64,000 nucleotides of DNA. Source: Octopus vulgaris (Eukaryota). The DNA lies in assembly GCA_951406725.2 (NCBI GenBank), contig OX597824.1:60946001-61010000 (forward strand), in the 5' to 3' direction. Under the pieces are notes generated by a model. The model did not search any database. It was not told where the DNA came from and saw nothing but the letters and a program-made list of their open reading frames with translations. Of this stretch, positions 1 through 64,000 are shown one piece after another. A program made the translations under genes and the position numbers. Within the stretch, counting starts at the first letter, position 1, and each line of letters starts with the position of its first letter.

Positions 1-3
1 AGG

Positions 4-9
4 TTTATT
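4..9 (-). terminator. Candidate polyadenylation signal AATAAA
   Basis: TTTATT on + strand ~170 nt after the stop codon. Confidence 0.4.
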
Positions 10-180
10 CCAAGCCACTCTTCTGTTCATTTGAAATAAATGAAATTATCCGTCGGTATAGGTTAATAGAAGTGCAATTATGTTTTGTTATTAGCTTTTT
101 CTGTTATTATTTATAAGGCTTGCTTTCGTCAAATGCTGACAAATATTAAACAGGAAAAATCTTAAAAGTAGTTATATATG

Positions 181-56474
<56,294 letters not shown>

Positions 56475-56589
56475 CCTAACATTTGTCGGTTAAGTGACTG
56501 TTATGATGGTTTTCTAAATGACTCGAGCGCGTCTCCAGAAATTCTTTCGAATTTCGTCTCGTGTCTGTTTTGGTTTTATGTGGACACTT

Positions 56590-56598
56590 CTATATATA
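56590..56598 (-). promoter_or_regulatory. Candidate TATA box of the CAP gene
   Basis: TATATATAG on - strand ~120 nt upstream of the ATG; (GA)n and (CA)n tracts further upstream. Confidence 0.45.
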
Positions 56599-56880
56599 CG
56601 CCTTTTACATCTCCTCATTCCACCTCACACTGTCTCTTAAGCAGCGCACGAACGCGTGCGTGTGCGTGTGCGTGTGTGAGTGTGTGCCTTTGCGCTATAT
56701 GTATTATATAAGTAACAAATATATTTATTCGTTAGTTTGTAAATATCTACTTGTCTACTCATCTATCTATCTATTTCCTATCTATCTGCCCCTCTCTCTC
56801 TCACTCTTTCTCTCACTCTTTCTCCATCACTCACTCACTCACTCTCTCGGTATATGTGTGTGTCTGTATAAGTTCTGCCC

Positions 56881-56985
<105 letters not shown>

Positions 56986-57271
56986 CGTGAGTATATGGCT
57001 TTTAAAATATATTTTTCTGCTTCACTTGCTCTCGTTCTTGTTCGTTTCCCCCTCCTGCTGCACCTTCTACAACCGCGTCATTCCGCATCTCCACCTCCAC
57101 CACATGTATTTAGGATTGTGCTTAATTGTTTAACTTGTTTTTTTTTTTCCTTTTTTCAGTCTTCACTAAAATGTTTCTGTATGTGTGTGCGTTCAAGTGT
57201 CAACAAGTATATACCGACGTGTTTGTAAGTAGGCGCACTTGTTTGTGTGTGTGTGTGTGCGTGTGTGTGTG

Positions 57272-57339
<68 letters not shown>

Positions 57340-57404
57340 TGCATATATATATATATGTGTGTGTGTGTGTATATATTTATATGTATGTTCTTTTATTCTT
57401 TCAT

Positions 57405-57592
57405 TCCTTTATTTGCTTTAGTCATTTCACTGCGGCCATGCTGGAGCACCGCCTTTAGTCAAGCAAATCGACCCCAGGACTTATTCTTTGTAAGCCTAGT
57501 TTTTATTCTATAGGTTCCTTTTGCCGAACCGCTAAGTTACGGGGGCGTAACCGCACCAGTATCGTTTGTCAAGCAATGTTGGGGGTACAAAT

Positions 57593-57623
<31 letters not shown>

Positions 57624-57768
57624 TACACACGACGGGCTTTTTTCAGTTTCCATCTACCAAATCCACTCGCAAGTCTTTGGTCAGCCTGCGGCTAAAGTAG
57701 GAGACACTTACCCAAAGTGTCACGCAGTGGGACTGAACGCAGAACCATGTGGTTGGTAAGCAAGCTAC
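57405..57768 (-). mobile_element. SINE family A
   Basis: Reverse-complement match to family A. Confidence 0.85.
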
Positions 57769-58059
57769 TTTATTTCAAAAATTTTGCCATAAATGCGTGA
57801 TACAAAGTAGCTTGCGAGCTGGGCAAAGACATTGATGAAACGATGATATTAATAGGAGAAGACAAAAACGTCCTCCGATTTTTTGCTTCTCTAAAACATT
57901 ATTCTCTTCTTTTTTCACAGAAAAAGACACGACGAGGTAATGAACCTCTTCAGTTTTACAAATTTTGGACTAATAGTCCATTTAAAAATTGGGGCGTTAA
58001 GCCTCTTAAACACAATAACATGCAATAAACATTAAACATTATACAATAAACATTATAAC

Positions 58060-58960
58060 GCTGAGGCTTTTCAACCTGCCCGACATCGCTTGTGCCCGTA
58101 TACTCCGCCACAAGCGATATTCCTCATCGAGTCCCTGCAGCCTATACCTCACAGACAACGTTATGACTTCCACAGCTATCTGCAGAGGCCATTCGGGATC
58201 CTGTGTAAAGGTTAACGGTACTTATGATGCTTTTCTACCACCTCTTCTACCTCTCCGCCACAGAAGAAGACCAATAGTTCATCTTCTTCCGGGTTCTAGG
58301 CAGTCAATTCTACTGTTGGCGGCACAATTCTCTTCAGCAGTGTCTTTTCCCCTGCCGGTGGCACAACCCCTACCGGCAAGGTTCCGGGACATTCCGGTGC
58401 TATGTCACCGACTGCCGGCAATGTCCCGTTTCTCTTCCTCTTCCTCTTTTCTTTTCTCTGAACTGAGGGAGGGTGCGTCTCCTCCGTGACCGGGAGATTC
58501 GCCTCCCTTCCCTCATCCCTAGGATCCTTCGGTGAGCACCCATTGTTGCTCACCTTCTTCCTCTTGCGGCCCTTCTTTGAGGAGTCCTCCGTCTCCTAGA
58601 CCGCCTTCGTTCCTTCTTCTACTGAGGTCTCAATCAACTGTTCCAAGACTTTACTTTGTTCCTGAGGACAGTTTTTCTTTATATGGCCAGGCTCCAGGCA
58701 TCAATGACACCTGGGTGGGTGGTGACCCTCAAGAATCACCGGGTACTTGCACCCGGCCATTTTCAAAAAATCTGGCATAAACAGATTCATGGCTGATTGG
58801 GTCCACAGGGTCAAAACAGCTTTTGACCCAACCCAATTAGCCGCAGGAAGAATTTTTTCATTGAGGAACCTGGCGCCGCTTCCACCCAGACCCCGACGGA
58901 TAGTATCCTCTATCCACTGGGTTGAATTCCGGGTAACAAACCACAGACCCAAGCCCTCGT
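58060..58960 (-). mobile_element. gag/ORF1-like retroelement fragment with CCHC zinc knuckle
   Basis: Minus-strand RCH*CLEPGHIKKNCPQ (CX2CX4HX4C, with a stop) followed by an E/K/R/P-rich region. Confidence 0.7.
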
Positions 58961-58984
58961 CAATTTTTTTTTTTTACTGCTGAG

Positions 58985-60060
58985 TAAAAAGCAAGCAGCG
59001 TTTTAAAACATGAAATTCATCACAATATATTTCAACAATGCTGACATTTTATTCATCAAAGTAAATACCATTACAATCAACACATTTTTGCCAACAAGTT
59101 ACAAGTTTGTTTATTCCGATAATATAAAAATATGGGGTTCTGGATCTGATGAACTCTTTGAACGCACTGTCAGCATCGGTTTGATTTTTTAATTCCTTCT
59201 CACGCAGGAAACCATCAAGGTGCTTGAAAAAGTAGTGGTCGGTATGAGAAAGGTCTGGGGAATAAGCTGAATGGGGAAAAACTTCGTAGCCAAGTTCTCT
59301 CAACTTCTGGAACATCATTAATGAAACGTATGGTCGAGCACTGTCATGAAAAATGATTGGCCTTCTTCTGTTGAACAGTCTGGGACGGAGGAATAGAAGC
59401 TTTTCGTTCATTTTGGCAATTTCATGGCAATGTTTCTGCAGCAATAATTTTTTTCAGGTTTTAAGAAGTTATAGTGGATGAGTCCAGCAGTACGCCAACA
59501 AAAAATCACCATAACTGTCTTTATGAAGAACTCAGGTTTAGGCAAGGTTTTCGGCACTTCATTTTTGTCCAGCCAATGCGAAGAACGTCTTTTATTATTG
59601 TACAGAATCTGCTTTTCATTGCATGTTACAATACTGTCGAGTAATGGTCTGGTTACGGAGAAGAAGCGACGAGCAAATTTCATATCTGTGCATTTTCTGA
59701 TTTTCCTTCAAATCGTGTGGTACACTTTGTCGTGCTTTTTGGATTTTCCGATCGCATGCAAATGGCTGCAGGCAGTTTTCTGGTTAACGTGAAGTTCTTT
59801 TGCCAGTTCTCAAGTTGTTTTATGTGGATCTTTCTCAACGACGGTCTTTAAATGATCGTCATCGATGACAGATGGGCATCCGCTACGTTCACGATCTTTA
59901 AGGCTCAGGTCTCCACTGCGAAATCGTTTAAACCATTTTCGAACTGATCATTTCCTCTGGTCATTTCCTCACCAAATGTTTCAGCTGCTTTACCTCCTTT
60001 TTTGAAGTTGAACAGCAAAATTGCTCGAATATCGCGCTTTGACTGTAAGTTTAGAGGGAA
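58985..60060 (-). mobile_element. mariner transposon, decayed
   Basis: IVTCNEKQILYNN, IFHDSARPY, PHSAYSPDLSHTDHYFF motifs. Confidence 0.88.
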
Positions 60061-61790
60061 TACTTGATAAGTGTAAGCACCTGTATATACCAGATAGTGG
60101 CAGAGGTGTTAGAACATATCAAACATAAATTGAAAATGGAACACAAAGGACATCGCGGTACGCGTGTTTCAAGCTTTATAAACAATCTGTTATTACATCA
60201 GCATAGGTATATTATTTATATAAAAGATGGTTTAAACATTGTTAGTCCATTGTTAGTCCAAAGATTACATCACAAAATAAAAAGTACACGTAGTATTACC
60301 CATTATAATGGGTTTGTCATATCTCTTTGAAAAGGTATATTTGTATAAAGGTTCGTTGGATTTCAAAATCTGCCCATACTGTACCACTATACGGCATAGA
60401 GTGAATGTTAAATAGATTGGATTGAGTTTATATTTAATAAGCGTGTATAAGTAATGGTATTAAGTAACAAGTTGAAATGAAGGATGATCAATGAAGGAAA
60501 TGATTTAAGAAGAAAAGAAATAAATATATCAGTGATAAAAGGGAGTAGCAAATTAACAATAAATGAAATAATTGATATAGAGATATAAGGTTCTGTAGGA
60601 ATAGAGTTTTGTAAGAATCATTTTTTAAAAATAGAGTTTTACAAGAATCATTAAAAAAAATAATAGTGAAACAGCATTAGAAGTAGTAAAAATACTGACA
60701 GAATAAATCGGTGATATTAGAAAGATGTAAAATATCAAAACTATCAAAACCCATCAAATATATTTGGAAATACATAAAATATACTTGACAAGATATATAT
60801 AAAAAGATAAATAATTATGGGTTACCAAGAGGTAAAATAAAATGAAGGGGTAAAAAAGCAAAGTGAAAATGTAAAGAATAAAATTAAATGAAATGAAGTA
60901 CGAAGAAAAATTTTAATAATAGTAATAATATAATAGTAATTGGAGAAATTTCAAGTCTATCCACTTGTGTAAATTATACTCTTATTTCAATTGTTTAGGA
61001 AGTGTTATATGAAGTTAAAAGAGTTTAGGTTCCTATCCACCAATGATTACTAGTATAATATTGTTATAAACATCATTGAAGTTATTAGTGTTAGCTAATA
61101 GGACCTACGTGTACGGTAACGATATTCCAAATTTTAGAGTCAGTGACTAAATTATTTAGATATGTTCTCTATAAATAAGTCTAAAGTCTTCGGATTGTTT
61201 TTTGTGTGTGTACTATATGGGGTCAGAATCTAGCTAGGTGAAAGTAAACCGAGTAAGCCCATGACTTGTTAATTCAATGCTCGAACAGTGGCAGGAGGGG
61301 GCAGATGATGACATTTTTAATGAGAAGATCATGAAGGGATTAAAATTGATAATGGAGACTTAAGGCTTATGGTATTTGAAGGTTTTAGTCAATTTATGCA
61401 TACAAGTTGGTTTGAATTCCGATATTTTATTAACTAGCTTGTCCTTATCAGAGAATCTAATGATTTTCAAGAGTTCTAAGGAACATAACTGGCAACCAGC
61501 TCTATTATTTTTATAAATCGTTGCCGATCCAACTATGGACCATCTAAGGTTAAAGTTAATATCTTCGTCTTTAAGTTCCCATATCCTACGCGATAAGGAA
61601 GTGCTATTAGCCTTATGTTTGTGTCTAAATGATGACCTATGGTTATAGAACCTAGATTTCCAAGCGGATGAATAACCAATGTAGGTGAGAGTATTCGTTT
61701 CCGTAATTATTTCACAAGAGTAGACTATGTTTTTTGCTTGGCAGTTTCCACGTAAAGGACATGTTGTTGTGTTACACAATTGCACCCAAA
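60060..61790 (-). mobile_element. Penelope-like element: GIY-YIG domain (61360-61785) and AT-rich 3' region
   Basis: CPLRGNC, NIVY..YIG..RFYNH, CQLCSLE, CMH; 3' boundary uncertain. Confidence 0.8.
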
Positions 61791-61869
61791 TTTATAATTG
61801 CCGTTACTATCACATTCTAGGGAATGTTTTATATATCTTCACTATGCTAATTATAGATTGGATTTGATG

Positions 61870-63488
61870 AAACCGCGTCAGTTTTTTTTTTACTCTTTCT
61901 CCGTGAAACCGAATATTTCTAGGTTTTTGTGTAAACTTGTTGGTACAAAACCTAATGTACCTACGATGATAAGTTCAGGTAAGAATTCTCAGTCGGGGTA
62001 TGAGAGCTGTAAGTTTTGCTTTAATTCACCATAAATATTCTCGTTATCCTGGACTTTTGATGGTACATTCATATCTGCTCGGCAGCTGACCTCTATAACA
62101 GTGTATGACTTTTGTTTGCTGTTCTACAGAACAATATCAGGTCTGTTATGATTATACCGAATTGATTCTTTTATTGGAGTGTTACACCAGTATTCTTTGT
62201 TTTTAAAGATGTGAATACACGCAAGTTCTGACATGCCAGTGCAATCATTTTTGCGGATAGCATTGTAAAATCTTTGCGACTATACCATGTTTCAGGGGCA
62301 GGTAGTATCTCATAGACGTTGTGGAGCAATGTAGGAGATATTCTCCACACTGGTCTAGCTGAGCCGAATTTTTTTTCATCACAACGTGGAGGTTTGGTGA
62401 TATCTTTGACCCTCTTGTTTATTAGGTATTTAGTAGCTGTCTCCTATTCCTGGATAGCGAAGGCATATCCTTCTAGGTGGGATGTAATGTATCTATCGCA
62501 GGTCCAGGAGAGCTACTCTTCCAGTCAATGTTGTTATCCTCTACCTTACAGGGTATGTACCTATGCATTGCGTTTTTTCTGATATGATACCTGCTTCTCC
62601 TCCAAGCTTTTGTTTACTTAGGCCAGTCCAACTTCCTTTGGGTCGCATGAGACAGTTGTATTCTCAGAGTACCTGAACAGTAGTTCTTCAACAGTGATGA
62701 TGTAGCTCTCATTTTTTGAGTATGCATGGAATGTACTCATTTCTTTCTTTACTGTTCAGCAGGTGTTGTTTGAGTGATGCAATGCGATATTCAAAGGCTG
62801 ATTGGAATGACCTCATGCCTCTACTGCCATAAATTCGTCTCGCATAAATACTATCAGTGTCGCTCATGACGTGGAAGTTGCCAGTGGGGGTTAGTACCTT
62901 TCTACTTTTGATGTCGAGGCTGCGGATCTCATCGCGTGTCTTGTCCAATATACCAAATATCGGCACTAGCACTGGCACTACAAAAGCATTGTGACTTCTT
63001 AAAAGCAGACAGTTCTGAGTTCCATATTTTCCAGAGTCTGCAAAACTACTCTTTTGTTATTCTGACTTTAGTCCCAATAACAACGTATGCAACATTCTCA
63101 TCGTTTCCGAAAGAATCCCTATATCTTTGGCAAGGTATAGTGATTCGATTATTCGTAAATGAAGCACAGTCTATGCATATCATTAAGCGATTACTGCGAT
63201 GTTGTTTGGCTTCCTTAAGGACAGCTTTGCTGAGTTGTTCAGCACAACCCCAAACTCCTTTCTGTCCTCTTGCCTGTTCATCAGTTATCACACCATTTGT
63301 TTGGCAATGGTCTTGGAGAAACATATTCAGACAACCTGTATACTGTTTGTACGTAACATTCAGGCATGTTATAGGCCTATAGTTTTTGGCCACATGGGTC
63401 TCTTTTTTCTTGGAGATAAGAGTAGTCCGTGCGACCGTCAGCCAATCTGGTACATCTAGCTCAGCACCCATTGTTTTTTTAAGCAAAT
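61870..63488 (-). mobile_element. R4/Dong-like LINE fragments (RT N-terminus to endonuclease), decayed
   Basis: PDWLTVARTTLISK..KNYRPITCLN, EQARG, YARRIYGSRGM, HNRPDI motifs. Confidence 0.88.
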
Positions 63489-64000
63489 TCGTATGTATGT
63501 ATGTATGTATGTATGTATGTATGTATGTATGTATGTATGTATGTATGTATGTATGCATGGATGGATGGATGCATGCATGCATGCATATATGTATGTATAT
63601 GGCAATATATAACAATGTCCAATGTCGAGCGTTAACTCTATAATCACTATCCCTTCCCTGTAATTCCTATTCTCCACAGCTTTTGTTTCGTTGACCGCAG
63701 AACCTAATTCCGAAGAAAAATCACATAAATAAATAGATAAATAATTCTCTCTTTATAATCTACAAAGGTTGGCAAAAATGTCATGGACGGTACATCATGA
63801 TCCAGGATGGGATTACATTAAAAAATGCGTAAAGAAGTGGTGGAAGAGACATTCAAGCTAGGTAAAATTTTCCGGAAAGGTGTAAGGCATCCCAGTGCTA
63901 CTCGGGGGAACCCTTCAAAATTCACGGTCAGCCTGACCACTAAGGCAAGTGTCCCTTGCTAATTGTTTTGAAGTAGCACTCTGCATCCTCCGTCAATGAC

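Noticed and set aside
60150-60205. Hammerhead-like GAAACACGCGTA with upstream CTGATGT on the minus strand at the end of the second Penelope
   Set aside because: Core A9 missing and no convincing stem I or II.

Overview
AT-rich, microsatellite-dense eukaryotic genomic DNA; the SINE families and simple-repeat load point to an octopod cephalopod (Octopus-like; inference). One host gene spans almost the whole window on the minus strand: by reading splice sites I assembled 13 phase-compatible coding exons (56474 -> 181; 1020 nt, 339 aa) encoding signal peptide - CAP/SCP (CRISP/antigen-5/PR-1) domain - EGF-like - ShKT-like - hydrophobic GPI-like tail, with three N-terminal micro-exons (23, 43, 20 nt) and a ~33-kb first intron. 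The introns are filled with mobile DNA: two abundant tRNA-derived SINE families, decayed Tc1/mariner elements, RTE, Tx1/L1, CR1/Jockey-like and R4/Dong LINE fragments, Penelope-like (GIY-YIG) elements, 8-bp-TSD MITEs (one family carrying TTAGGG repeats), a piggyBac-like MITE and a non-autonomous Helitron. The most unusual signals are a cluster of minimal hammerhead-ribozyme motifs in intron 1, including a tRNA-headed SINE-like element that ends in a hammerhead and carries a Penelope-type inverted terminal copy, and two locally templated duplications (a 640-bp inverted copy and a mosaic of two distant templates). Most ORFs in the supplied track are microsatellite or SINE artefacts. No CRISPR, rRNA or bona fide tRNA gene seen. 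All coordinates were counted by eye and repeat boundaries are approximate.
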